DNA from: Lama guanicoe
Taxonomy: Eukaryota
Length of the DNA stretch: 64,000 bases
Assembly (NCBI GenBank): GCA_013239625.1
Contig: MU053493.1
Span: forward strand, 1,869,793-1,933,792
Direction: 5' to 3'
In this document: piece by piece, positions 13,101 to 25,949 of the stretch
How positions within the stretch are numbered: position 1 is the stretch's first letter
How the letters are laid out: each line of letters begins with the position of its first letter
Notes under the pieces: generated by a model
What the model was told of the DNA's origin: nothing
The model's database searches: none
Seen by the model: the letters and a program-made list of their open reading frames with translations, nothing else
Program-made: the position numbers and the translations under genes

Positions 13101-16039
13101 CATCTTCTGGAGTTTAGTGGCGTCTCCGGGTTCACTGGGATGCTGTTGCCTGCATTTGGCTTGGCGCTGGGAATGCTTTATGTTTATTCAAATTAGCACT
13201 AATTTAAAATTACAATTTTCGTCTTAATTGTATGTATTTGGGGATCCCATTTAAGTTTCTGGAAGTAATTGCAGGGTAAGCTTTTGGGAAGTTATATTAC
13301 AATGCACAGATGTTGCCGGGGAGAAAGGTCCTGGTGTGGGGGGGAGCGCCTGGGTCCTGAGGAAGAGGGTGTCCAGGGCTGCTGCTGTGCAGGTCCCCTC
13401 CCCCCTCTCCAGCCTGGCTCCAGGCAGGACTGTGGGCAGAACCCCTTTGAACACAGCAGCAGCTGAATTGGGCCCTCCTTCCTTAATCTGGCACTGCCAA
13501 GTTCCAGGAAACCAAGGCCACGTGGTCCCCGTGGCACAGCCTGAGCTGGTGACAGTCAGTTTCTCTGCTTCGGGTAAGGCATCGGTGGGGAGGAGGGCCA
13601 GCAACTGAGGTGGGGAGAGCAGGAGGGGCGAGAGGGTGAGGTTTTGAGGCAGCCACTGCCGGCGGGATGCAGAGGTGGTGCTGGCGGGTGGGGGCGTCAG
13701 ATTCATCGGGAGCTTTTCCAAACCCTAGGGCTCCTGCGTGGAGCCCCGTGTGAGTCCAGGTTTGGTGCCCAGGATTCATGGGCGCAGTGAGGGGCCAACC
13801 TATTGTGGAGGGTTTAAAATCTGAGGGCGGCCCTCTCCGGGGGATGCCTGGAAGGAGCTCAGAGGGCACCCCCACTGCTCATGCACAGGATGTGGGCACC
13901 TGCTGGCCACTGGGCAGCCACGAGGGAGAGCTGCTCCTGTGACCAGAGTGTGTTGGGCCCGCTGGCCGAGGGTTGGGGGTGCCCCAAAGGCCTTTGCAAT
14001 TGCCTAGCTGGCCTCTCTCCCTTGTCCCTGTTTACGTCTAGCTGTCAGTCCTGGGTGCTCCCTGCACGTCCCTCCCCTCCTTCTGTCCTGCAGAGCGCTG
14101 GGCGGGGGGCAGCCCAGGGAGAGTGGAGGCCCCAGCCCGCTGCCCAGACACGACCTGCTGGGTACATCCTGTGTCTGCTGTGACCCAGGCACGACTTACA
14201 GTGACACATGAGATCCTTGTTTGTGCATTCATCAGTAGCATCTGTGAGGTCCCTCTGAGAGCACCGCCGATCACGGGACGCCCAGGACTGGGCTGGGCCG
14301 GGCCAAGGTGCAGAGATGCTATCCAGTGCTGTAGCCTGGTGAGCCTGGCAGGGTGGACTCTGCATTCGGCTGGGAGGCCGTGCATCGTGGAGGGTGGGCA
14401 CAGGCGACCCTGCCTCCCTGTAGACTGAGATCACGTTCCACCAGGGACAGTTTCGAAGTGGAAGTACTCCAGCCTGTGCGGAGTGGGCGGCAACAGCTGT
14501 AAGAGCAGGAAGCCCTGAATGGCAGAGACTGGCAGGTGGGCCGTGCAGGGTGCAGCAGTGAGGGCAAGGGGCCCGCGTGTGACCTTCTAGGTCCTCGGAC
14601 CTGCTGCTGTGGCCACGAAGCTGCACCTGGGGTTTACGACACTCTCTCTGTCCCTCAGGGCAGTAGAAGACGTGCCTTGCTCCTTGCAGGGGTCGGTGGC
14701 AGGAGGACCAGGGTTCCCTGATGGTGAAGGCGGCAGGCATCCCAAAGGGGGTTGTCCTGTCTCACCAGCAGAAGTGACCGGCGGCCTCAGTGGCCAGTGC
14801 CGTGAATTTTAGTCCTGGACAGAGTGAAGCCAGGTCCCCCACTGACTACAGCAGGCATGAAAATGAAGTCCCTTCAAACGAACGTCTTGCTGTTTGAGAG
14901 GGACCGGGAAAGGGGGGTGCCAGGAGGCCCTGCCTGCTGGTAAACTGTCACCTGAGCGAGGCCATGCCCCCACCGCAGCCCCAGCGGGGAAGCCCTTATG
15001 TCTGCTCACCTGGGAAGCAGAGTCCCTCGGTCAGGGCCTGAGGCTCGGTTTTCTCCAGTGCACCCTCCCCTCCCTGCTGTGTGTCAGCCCGGCTCCGTGC
15101 GGAGGGGGGATTGACAGACACAGTGGCCACCCCCAAAGAGCCCCCAGTCTGGGGTTTGATGCTGGAACTCAAGGAGAGGTGGCCCACGTGGGCTGCAGCA
15201 GAGGGCACTAGGGAAGTTTCCAGAAGAAGTGATTACGCACAGAAGCCTGCAGAAGACCAGCCCAGGAGAGAGGGAGGGCAGGGTGGCTTCTGGTGGAGAG
15301 AGCCGCCCACGGGCGGGGAGGGCCACGGGCCATAAACTCAAGCAGAAGAGATGGGCGGAGGTGAAGAGGCCAGGCAGGTGGCCAGCCCTCCACGGCCTCG
15401 GGAACGGTCAGGAGCTTGAACTGGGTCCTGGGGCAGTGGGGCCATCGCAGGGTTTTAAGTAGAGGAGAGACCGCACGGAGGTTGCACTTTGTGATTCTGA
15501 GTGTGGGGAGTGTGTGGGGTGGGAGGAGGCCCCGGGGGCCACGCACATCTTTCTGCAGGGGAGGCCCAGGGATCAGCAATTGGCTCTGATGGTGCAGAGC
15601 GGCTGTCCCGCTCTGGGGTCTGTTGGCTGAAATGCTGGTCTTAGTGAGATAATGAACGGGGAGAAACTTCTGAGGCAGAACATGGACCATGCGGTGACCA
15701 GTAAAGTCCCCAGGGCCCAATGGGGCATGGTCTCTTAGGCACCTTTGTGGGCTCAGCCTTGACCGTGGGTCTTTTTTGTTGTTGGGACCATTGGTGGCTC
15801 AGAGCTGTGACTTGTCAGCCTCAGTGCTTTATCGCCAGAGCCATAGAAAATGGTCACACCTGCAGGACTGCTCCCTGTTGCACCCAGGAGTTGGGCAGCC
15901 CAGGGCTGTCCAGTCACAGCTTTCTGTTCAGAGAATGAGGCCAGAAGAGAGGAAAAAGAATGTCCAAGCAGAGTGCACTGACCTGCTGGACCTGCTCTGT
16001 GAAATAGGAGCCTTGTCCTCTTCCATCACTCAGTATTAA

Positions 16040-16380
16040 ATCTGGCTCCAAAGAAACAGTATCTTTAAGCAAGAAAGATGTTAGTGTTTCACTTAAAAGA
16101 AGCCCAGAAGTGGGCAGCTTCATGGAATAATTAGAGACAGTGACCTCTTCTGTCTTTTTGCTCCACTATCTCAACACATAGCTTTCATTGCAAAGCATCT
16201 TATGGTCCAAGATGGCTGCTGAAGCTCCAGCCATCAGGCTTGTGTTCCAGGCAGCAGAAGGAGGAAGGGTGATTGAAAGGGGCCCGCCTCCAAGCAGAGT
16301 AAGCTGTCTTTAAGGATCCTTCTTGGGAGTCCATATTACATTTGTTTATAGCTTTTTGGCCAAAAGCTAGGCACACTCAA
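16040..16380 (-). mobile_element. Old MaLR LTR fragment (MLT1J/K-like)
   Basis: atggtccaagatggctgctgaagctccagccatca is characteristic of old MLT1. Confidence 0.55.
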
Positions 16381-19234
16381 TGTAGCCATTATTGTTATTA
16401 TAAAGGAAAAAAGCAGGGATTCTAATTTTCCTCCCACAGGCTGAGTTGGAATGAGGAGAGACTTAGATTACCAACACTGCATTTCTTTGAATGCTTCTGT
16501 TGGTTGCTACTTCCCCAAATCACAGGTCTCCTTAAGGAGAGCCTGTACGGTGGCTGAACACCTTGGGGCCTCTGCCCTCCCAGCCCTGCCTGCCTTTTCT
16601 CTGTGTGCTTTGGCAGGTGTGGTGTGGACGGCGCACGGCTCTGCCGGTCGTGCGCTTTGTCATGTCTTACCTGCGCAGTTGGGGTAGGGATGGGGAGTTG
16701 GACCCTGCAGCGTGGGGTCCAGCCAAGTGGCTTTGAAATCATCCCTGTGGGAATCTAGGGCCAGTGAAGTGGAGGGCCACTAAGTGACCCCCTCGGGGCA
16801 CAGACCGAGGCTGTCCTGGTGGTTAGTTCCAGAGGGTCCACAGTGGGTATGGAGGCCAGAGGGGGCTGCAGTTCGAGGTGGCAGGGCAGGTTCTAGCAGG
16901 TGGAGCTAGTCGAGACTCAGGGGAGCTTCCCCTCAGCCTCTCACGTCTGCCCGACTTGGGAGACTTTCCTAGTGGGGAGAGGCCAGGCCCACACTGGGGA
17001 CTTTGCTGGTCTCAGCTGAGGTTACAGGAAAAGCGTTCGGCCAGGAGCCAGCAAGCTTGTTCCATATTAAGGTCCCCTACTCATCCAAGAGAAGAGAAGA
17101 TTAACTTCTGGTTGATTTATTTGATACTGGGTTAGTTCACACTTTTTGAACCATCAGTACTTCATGAAGATTGCATCTCTGTTAACCCCCGTGTGACCAG
17201 CCAGAATCCCCTGGTCCTGGACCAGAGTGTGCAATGCAGAGTGTGCCTTCAGGTCAGGTTGCAGGTCTTGCTGTTGTTCCGTTGCCTGTTTATTTGATTG
17301 CTTGTAGAGGAGTGCAGGTTTTTGGCTCCCTGGACATTTTTTTTTTTCTAGTTGCAAATAGAGAGTTTGGTTTTGCAGTGATCCTGGCGTCTCTAGCAGC
17401 TGTCGTGGAGGGTCTGCTGGAGCCTCCCTGAGCGCTCTTGGGGAGACTTGACTGTCCTGCCCTGGTTCCCCTGGCTTTGCTGAACCTCTGTCTTTCTGCT
17501 GACCGTCTTGTATGTTTTAGTTCTCGAGGAAGCAGCTTCAGGCAGAAGCTGTGGGCTCTCGAGCCCTGGCCAGCTGTCCTTCTGTGACCTTCCAAACCGG
17601 CTCTGTGCTGGGAGTTGTCTCCCCCCAACCCCCACCGCTGGGATACAGAACCATTGGCAGGAGAAGCATCCTTGTGGAGCCGGGAGCAGGTGCCCTGAGC
17701 TATCCTGGAACGAGTGTGGACACAGTAAGTGGCCAGCTTAGTGCAGAGGTGGGTTCATCCCCTCAGAGTCACCGATGGCTTTAAGCACCAGGTCATAATA
17801 CCCACACATTAGGCACCCAATGTCTCCTTTGTTCCTCTCCACGGCTCAGCTCTCCTGCAGAGGAGAGCAAGGTCTCAGAGCGTGGGCTGGGGATGGCCTG
17901 GGTCCACGGAGCCCTTGGACTGGCAGGCGGAAGGATGCCGAGGGAAGTAGAGAAGGACCTGGATGGGGTGCAGGAGGCTGGACAATAGCGGTTAGGAGCC
18001 GGAGTGGGGAGGAAGGGGCCCCGAGGGGCAGAGAGAGAGAGAACAAGGGGGCCAGAGGCAGAGATGGGCCCTGACTTCTTCTCTTGCTGACTCTGGTGCC
18101 CACAGGGAGCACTAGGCCTCTCCTAGCCTGTCTCCCCTCGTTCCGGTCTGTGAAATGAGCACAGTGGAGACGTGCATCTCACGGATGTGGACACATGGCC
18201 AAGCGCTGTTCAGATCTTCCTGGCTGTACCTCCTGAAGTGCGTGCCCCTGTTACTGCATTGGACGCAGGCCTGCCGGTGCCTGGGGCCGGTCTCAAGGTC
18301 ACCTGAGCCTGCGTCCCGTGTGCTGCCCAAGGGGAGAGGGTACTGCCGGGAGGAGCAGTCAGGAGGTGCTGTCGAGGCAGGGGATCTGGGCTAGGGTTCG
18401 AGGCCCTTCCTGTCTCCTTCCCCACCCTCCTGGGCTCGGGATAGAAGGGCAGTGTCTCAGGAGGTGTCGACATTGTCACGCTTAGCTGCACCGTCCTCCG
18501 AGGGACAGCAGCCTGTCCTGGCGACTTTGCTACGGCCGAATTCACACATCACAGAATGTGTTTGCTGTGTGGCCCTGCCCACTGCTGGCAGGGCTGGATG
18601 GAGCGTGGGTGCCCTGGGAGGGCTGGGCCAGGTTCCCTCGGTTCCCAAAGATCGAGGAGAAAGGCCCCCCCTGGTGGCAGCTCACTCCCTCCCCAGTCCC
18701 CCCCCCCCCCCCAATTAAATGCCACCAGGGCTGGCCAGTTACCCTCTAGGGTCCTGCTGACCCACTGGGGACAGAGGGCACTGCTCTTGCTCCTATGAGA
18801 AGGAATATATATAGGTGTGTATATCTTTGTCACTATGCTATACACCAGAAGTTAACACAACACTGTAAATCTACTACATTTTAATTAAAAAAAAAAAACC
18901 AAAACCCAGAACCCTTGCTTAGGATCTACGGGTGCAGAGGTTCCCAAACTTTCTCAGTTCACAGCACTCCTGATGTCTCCTTAATTTCACATTGTCTCTC
19001 GGCCCAAAGAGATACCTAACTGTTCTGCTTATTAAATAGTTAGGGCTGAACAGTTTAGTATTTGTGACATAAAAACTGAGAAGCTGATTGAAAAATAATA
19101 CACACAGACTGAAACCAGTTCATTTCATCCTGACTCACAGTTACTTACTCAGGGCTGCCAGCCTGTTGGGTGTGACTGGGTACCACCCCCCTCATTTCCT
19201 GGTCAGCATTGACTCTTTTGTGGGACTTGCTTTT

Positions 19235-19378
19235 CAAAAAAAATTTAAAAAAAATTTTTTTGGACTTGGAGGTAATTAGGTTTATTTATTTATTTTCTTT
19301 AACAGAGATATTGGGTGTTGAACCCAGCACCTTGTGCATGCTAAGCACACACTCTACCACTGAGCTATACTCTCCCTC
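19235..19378 (-). mobile_element. tRNA-derived SINE (Vic-1-like)
   Basis: gaggtaattaggtttattt...ttgaacccagcaccttgtgcatgctaagcacacactctaccactgagctat. Confidence 0.9.
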
Positions 19379-19394
19379 GCTGAAAAACATTTTG

Positions 19395-20185
19395 AATGCT
19401 TTTTGTTTTTAACTGTGATAAAATACACATAACATAAAATTTACCGTCTTCACCATTTTTAAGTGTTTGGTTCCATGACATTAAGTACATTCACTCTGTT
19501 TGTAGCTATCACCACCAGCCACATTCAGAACTCTTTTCATCCTGTAAAGCTGAAACTCTGTCCCCATTAAACACTAACCCTCCATCTTTCCACCCCCAGC
19601 CCCTGGCAGCCACCAGTCTACTTTCTGTCTTTATGAGTTGGACTGCTCTAGGGACCTCATATAAGTGGACTCAGACAGTGTTTGTCCTTCTGTGACTGGC
19701 TTATTTTGCTTCACATAATGTCCTCAAGGTTCACCCATGTTGTCTCAGGTGTCAGAACATCCTTCATTTTTAAGACCGGATAAAAGTTCCTTGTATGGAT
19801 GGGCCACATTTTGTTTCTCCATCCATCCATTGATGGACACTTGGGTTGTTTCCACCTTTTGGCTGTTGTGAACCATGCCGTTACGAACGTGGGAGTGCAG
19901 GTATCTCTTTGAGTCCATACTTTTTCAGTTCTTTTGGGTAAATACCCACCAGTGGAATTGTTGGGTCATGTGATAGTTCTATGTTTAACTTTCTGAGGAA
20001 TCTCCATTCTGTTTTCCAAAGGGGCTGCACCATTTTACATTCCCACATGTTCAGTGCACACATGTTCTGATTTCTCCACATCCTCACCAACACTTGTTAT
20101 TTTTTGGGTAGCCAAAAATTGGGTAGGTTTTTGTGTGTGTGTGTGTGTGTGTGTGGTAGCCATCCTAATGGGTGTGACGTGGTAG
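19395..20185 (-). mobile_element. L1MA/MB 3' fragment with internal (TG)n
   Basis: aaaatacacataacataaaatttacc 3'UTR; minus ORF 19881..20093 ([18 protein letters not shown]). Confidence 0.85.
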
Positions 20186-20729
20186 GTAGGTACTTGCTTT
20201 TTCTTGTGGTCACCGCTGGCTTCACAGGATGTCTTTGAGAGGATGCAAGATGGTCTGATGCTGAAGCCAAGAGTTAGTGCCAGGCAGTGAGGCCTGAGTG
20301 CCGGTAGATGGTGAGGTTTGCTGCATCTCCCGAGGAAGTCTGGACTCTCCTGCGATGCCCCCAAGTGCCGCCAGGATCCCGGGGTGCCACAGCAGGCAGT
20401 TTGGGAACCACTATCCTAGAAAATGCACTTCAAACAAGGGACGGACTGAGAGAGTGGCACAGAGAGTGGGGGAAACATCGAATACATAGTTAAGAGTGGA
20501 AGGAAGCTGATCTGAGGGGACTGAGGGAGTGAGTGTAGTGGAAATGGCGCCGAGCTCCATCCTTGTGTGCAGAGTGAGGGGAGGATGCCAGAAAGCGTTG
20601 GTAAATGTTCTGCATGGTTTTCCGGGATCATTTTTTGGTGGTGGCATTAGCGTGGCTATTCAGTGTGAAATGTGAGATGAAGCACGTGCATAATGATGTG
20701 ATCTGACAATCCTGAGGACTTTCAGGACC

Positions 20730-21590
20730 AGTTTTCAGTGGGGAGGAAAAAGCTGATGCAGAGCAAAGGTACGTGAGGAGAAGTACAAACCCTTGTCATC
20801 CTGAACCTGAACTTGACCTAGCCCTGGTGCCTGGAGATACCTGGAAGCCGTGGCCTCTCCAACAGCAAGAAGATACCCAGGTCCCTGATGCTGGTCTTGA
20901 AATTCAGTTTTCTACTAAAAGAAACAAAGACTGCATGGGCAAACAGCTGATTCTCTGTTGCAGAGAGAAACTGTCCAAGCAGTAGCTGGAATATTTTGTC
21001 ATAGCAGGTAATGGAGGAACAGGCAGACCCACTAGGGTGATAGTTAAAGGACCTGGGACTTGAAGAGGTCAAAGATGGGACAATTTGAACATCAGTAAGA
21101 GTGAAAACCACCATGGATTGAAATGCATCAAATATGTTTAAATCCCTGAGTTGTTTTTTTTTCAAATTGATATATAGTTGATTTACAATGTTATGTGAAT
21201 TTCTGATTTACAGCAACATGATTCAGTTAAACATATATATATAATCTTTTCAGATTCTTTTTCATTATAGGTTGTTACAAGCTACTGAATATAGTTCCCT
21301 GTGCTGTACAGTAGGACCTTGTTGTTACAGCTTGTTGTTTATCTCTTTTATACGTAGTAGTGTGTATCTGTAAATCCTGAACTTCTAATTTATCCCTCCC
21401 CTCTTTCCCCTTTGGTAACTCTAAGTTTGTTTTCTAGCCTGTGAGTCTATTTCTGTTTTGTAAATAAGTTCATTTGTGTCATTTTTTAGACTCTACATAT
21501 CAGTGATATCATATGGTATTTGTTTTATCACTGTCTTTTGTTTGTAAACATGTTTTTAATAATGTAGTAAAACTCCATGAACTCATTACT
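20730..21590. mobile_element. Old + strand L1M 3' fragment with a younger minus L1 3' end inserted (~21155-21545)
   Basis: ctggtcttgaaattcagttttctactaaaagaaac old L1 3'UTR; nested aattgatatatagttgatttaca... Confidence 0.7.
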
Positions 21591-23219
21591 CCAAAATAAA
21601 ACTGCAGCCCCGCTCCACCCACAGGAGCTCCCTGGACAGTGGAATTGCACCCTGCCTCCTCCTCCAGCTTCCTCTCCACCCTGCAGCCGACAGTCTGTCC
21701 AAGAAGCGCATTTGACCAGGTGTTGGCAGCAGCTACTGCTGCTCTCAAGATCAAGGGCAAACCCTCTGTCAGGAGAAGCCTGAGCCTGGCTCACGGTCTC
21801 ACCTACCTCTGCTACCCTCCGCCATCTAGGCTTCAGTCACCAGGAACGTTTTCTGGTTCTTGAATTTACCTCTGAGTCATTGGCCATGCTGTGCCCTCTG
21901 CTGGGATGCCTCCCGTGTCCCCATCCCCTAAGTCTTCCTTCTCCTCTGCACGTGACATCTACTTACTCCTCCCCAAGAGGCCTTCTCGGGGTTAGGGCCG
22001 ACCTGTATACCACCCCTCATAGGATGGTCACCTGCCCTCCAGCCTGGCTGTTCCTTGAATTTGATGTCCCCTAGGGTATAAGCTTCTGGCAGGCAGACTT
22101 GTGTCTTTTGTAACCTCATGTTATGCATCCTATTCGAGGAGTGAATGTGTGTAGATGTGTGCAGAGGTTGGGCCCTGATTTCAGCTGTGAAAAAGTGATG
22201 TTGGCAGGGAACACGAGAGGTGGCTGTCAGGATCCCCTCTTGGTGGGGGATGGAGAAAGGTGTAGGCGGTGTGCAGCCCTGCCATGTTGCTTGCCTCGCG
22301 TGTAGGTTTTAAAGTTTTTGTGGAGCCGGGAAAAGCAGCCGGAGGGGAGGCAGCGGGAAGGTTGGAGCACTTTCCCTTCACTGGGACTTTGCCCTGGAGG
22401 ATGGAGCCTTGCTCTTTGGGCCATCTCTAAGCACACCAGAGCCATGCAGGAAGCACACACGGATCCCCAGGGTATCCGGTGACCTTGCCATCATGTGACT
22501 GCCAGAACTTTATGAAAAACGAACTTTTATGGGGAATGGAGAAGGCCTGAGGTAAGGGGACCAGTAGAGCATAAATATTTATCTTACCAATTAGAATGTT
22601 AAAGTGGGGAGCACTCTAAGGAATAACTTGGAGCATCTCGGGGTAATCTTGGCTGCTGATGTAACTGGTTAATGTTTATAGTCACGCCGATTCTTGCAGC
22701 TTTCCAGGACACCTGAAGTAGCCACTCTGGGTGATGCTGTCAGGATTGTTTTGTCAGCCCGAAGGATTTGGGGGTTTGATGTGAAAACATTTCGCTGTCA
22801 GAAAGGGGAGAAGTGGTTTTCAGGGTGTGTTTAGGGTCGCCAGTGGCTAGAAATCTTACAGTAATGCTTTACACCTACTGATTTTTGTTGTTTTGCTTCC
22901 CCAAGAAGATTGATGGAGGAAGTCAGCTTAGAAGGATGGTTGTTTATTTACAGGCCATCTGAAGTAGAGTCTTGATGAAGAGAAGGACTCTGGGCCTACA
23001 GCATGTAAGAAGTTTTCCCTTAACAAGGCTATCCGGCTGTTTGTGTCCACATTTGGTGTGACTTGTTGAAGTCGATAGATAACAAGCTTATTACTGTCAT
23101 TCACGTGGGGAGATACTGACTCATTCTTCCTGCATATGTTTCCGTCTCATGAGTTTTGCTTTTTTTTTTTTAAATCCACTTAATTAAGATCTTGGTTTTA
23201 TACAGATAGGATTCCAATT

Positions 23220-23674
23220 TAAACAGAATTTAATGGTTCCCTGAAAATATCTCCACTCTGGTCCTTGGAGCCTGTCAGTCTATTTCCTTCCATGGCAAAA
23301 GGGACTTTGTAGATGTGACTAAGATAAGGGCCTTGAGATGGGGAGATACCTTGGGTTAACTTCGTGTAATCCAGGCCTGATGTAATTGCAGGGTCCCTGT
23401 AAGGGAGAGGCAGGAAGAGTCAGAGGGGGTGATTGATGGAGGATGTGATGATTGGATGCATTTTAAAGATGGAGGCAGGGGCCACAAGCCAATGGGGTGG
23501 CTTCTAGAAGCTGGAAAAGGCAAGATGATGGATTCTTCCCTAGACCTTCCAGAAGGAACCAACCCAGTCGACACCTCCATTGACCCAGTGAGACCTGTGT
23601 AAGATGGTAAATTTGTGTTATTTTAAGTCACTGAATTTATGGTGACGTTAAAGTGTCCCTAGGAAACTGCAACA
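23220..23674 (+). mobile_element. MaLR solo LTR (MLT1D-like)
   Basis: catggcaaaagggactttgtagatgtgactaag...ctagaagctggaaaaggcaag...taggaaactgcaaca. Confidence 0.85.
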
Positions 23675-24200
23675 GCGACCCACTGACCCAGCTTCAATGG
23701 GGCGTCAAGGTCGACCAGTTGTTCCCTCCCTCCGCTGGGCGCTGGTTTTCCTGACGTCAGTGTCGCACTGTGGTGCCTTCCATGCATAAGGCAAGCCGAC
23801 TTGGGCACCAGAGCTTCTTCCCCTGCCTGGGTGCACTGGCACCTCTGGGAGGTGAAGGTTCTACCTCCTCTTCTGGAACATCTGTTGACATGAAAGGCAG
23901 CTTCTGGGGAGCGACGAACCCGCACCTGCAAGGGGTGCTCGCCCCTCTGGGTGTTTGCCCGCCCACCCTCATGGGCGTGGCCACGTGTGCGCGTGCGCGT
24001 GTGCATGCGCGCAGCAGGGTGGGTGACGGAGAGGACCTCGCTGTTCCTAACCGGCAGGGTCTCCTCCCCACTTCTCCCAGATCCCGGGCCGCCCGGGAGC
24101 GGTCATGACTTCCAGTCTTGCCTGCCACCAGCACCGGGTCCCTCGAGCTGCCTCTCAGCCTCGCGGGCCGCCACCTTGGGTCATCAGAAAATGAGCCTTG
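23640..24200. promoter_or_regulatory. CpG-rich promoter-like element with full CRE, E-box and NRF1-like tract
   Basis: TGACGTCA 23752-23759; half CREs at 23643 and 23703; CAGTTG (MYB) at 23716; CACGTG at 23982; 32-nt alternating purine-pyrimidine tract at 23982-24013. Confidence 0.65.
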
Positions 24201-25949
24201 AAATCAGCTGCTTAAGCCTCAGACACGTGCCTCCAGAGATTGAGAAAACTCAGTCGTAAATCTCGCTTGGAGCTAATGATGGATTTATTATTCGGTAGTG
24301 GGATTATGCGCTAGTCCGTTTATGGGTTTTTCCTCAAAATTCCTGATGTTTGAAGTGGAAGCTTTCAATGCTGACTGATGCTTCTGCTTCAGGATTTGCT
24401 TTTGGGCAACTTATTTATAAATAAAGCGGCTTTTCAAGGAAAACCCGCAAACTTGAAGAAGAATTATTATAATGAGCCGCATAGCCAGATGAGATGCTGG
24501 GGAGCACAGTTCTCTGCCCTGGGGCGTGGAAATCCGGGTCCATGCGCCATGGGGAGAGGTGACAGGGTGGTTATTTACATGTATAGGGTCGTAGTATATC
24601 CAGGGGACATTTGTGTGTGTGTATCCATATGATTTTCAGGACAGCCCTGGGTTGGTTTGTGCAGAGGAGGGGCCAGAAGCTCACAGAGGTCCAGAGCTTT
24701 GCCTGGAGACCCTACTCATAAGAGGGGCCGCTCACATCTGCACCAAAGCGGAGCTCTTTCTGTGTTGCCAGCTCTCCCAGTACATGTGTTTCATTTCTTT
24801 CCCTTCATGGCTATTTCCCCCTCCTCTGTCTCCCCAGCATCCCTGTTCCCTTTGACCAGTGGGGAGTTCTGATTATTTTTGAGAAAACTGTTACAATTCT
24901 TGGACCCTGAGAGTGAGGGAAAGTCTGCTCTTTGGAGATCGTTGGTATGACTTCTGAGCATCCTGCCCTGTGTAACTTCAGAACTGGGCAGGTGAGGGGG
25001 AGACTATCTGGAAGCGCTGGGTCCCCAGTCCTGTCCCTCCAGCCTCCCAACCATCAGTGACTTTGCTGGTTTCTGTTTTCCAGCAGCAGCCTCTGCCTGT
25101 GCCCAGCGGACATTAGCAACGATTTCTTCTTCCTTTTCTTTTTTTGGTCCTGCCTGTGTCAGTGTTCCGTGGTCTTACCACACCTGCTCTCTTGGGTGGG
25201 ACGTTATAAACGTGGACACAAGCTGTGCCACGTGGTCTGGGTTCTCAGGGGGCTTGTGGCACATGGATGATGTTCATTTCAAATGGATAGAGGACGGAAC
25301 AGTGTGGGAATGAGACAGATCACGTGGAACATCTTGAGTCCCTCGTGCTGCGTTGCACTGCCAGGCAGAGGGTAGGTGCTTAGTTGGTATTGCTGAATGA
25401 GATGGGGGATGGTCCCTGAGGTTGGCAAGGGCGGAGCGCAGGCATCACCTGCGAGTGTCCAGAAAGCCCAGCTCTTAAGGAAACCCTGTAGCCCAAGGGC
25501 TCTGCCTAAGAAGCAACATTGGTTTTGCTTGTGTTGCTTCTCATTCAAGTGAGGAGATCGGAGGGAGAAGGGAGGAGAGAGTGGGAGGAGGCTGGGCAGC
25601 GCACAGGGTGGTAATGGTGCAGTTGTTGGCATGGCCGTGGGCAGATGGCTGTGCTCTGAAGCCTTCAGTAAAGCTGCCACACCCACCAAGTGGCATGGGC
25701 CAGGTGTGTGTGTACATGCATGTGCACCTGGGCAGAGAGAGGAGAGGAAGGGATGCTTGCAAAGAATAGAACTTACAGAAGACCAGAATTCGGTGGAAGC
25801 AGCAAGTCAGAGCCAGAACAGCTTCAGGGGAATCAGCAGACAGCTTGAGGGGCTTCCCATGGTGCATAGAAAGGTGAGAACTAGCAAATATGTCTGGATT
25901 TTGAGGAGCAGTGCATGCTTTCTTCAGAGCCATGCCTCTCTGTCGCTTT

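Larger units (their letters stand above)
18935..20413 (+). mobile_element. hAT-Charlie DNA transposon (Charlie4a-like) split by a SINE and an L1
   Basis: Terminal inverted repeats cagaggttcccaaact (18935) and agtttgggaaccacta (20398-20413); internal sequence resembles Charlie4a on both sides of the inserts. Confidence 0.7.

Noticed and set aside
13251..15720. Many 100-230 aa ORFs in GC-rich DNA
   Set aside because: Present in all six frames, no domain resemblance or consistent exon structure; partly L2-like
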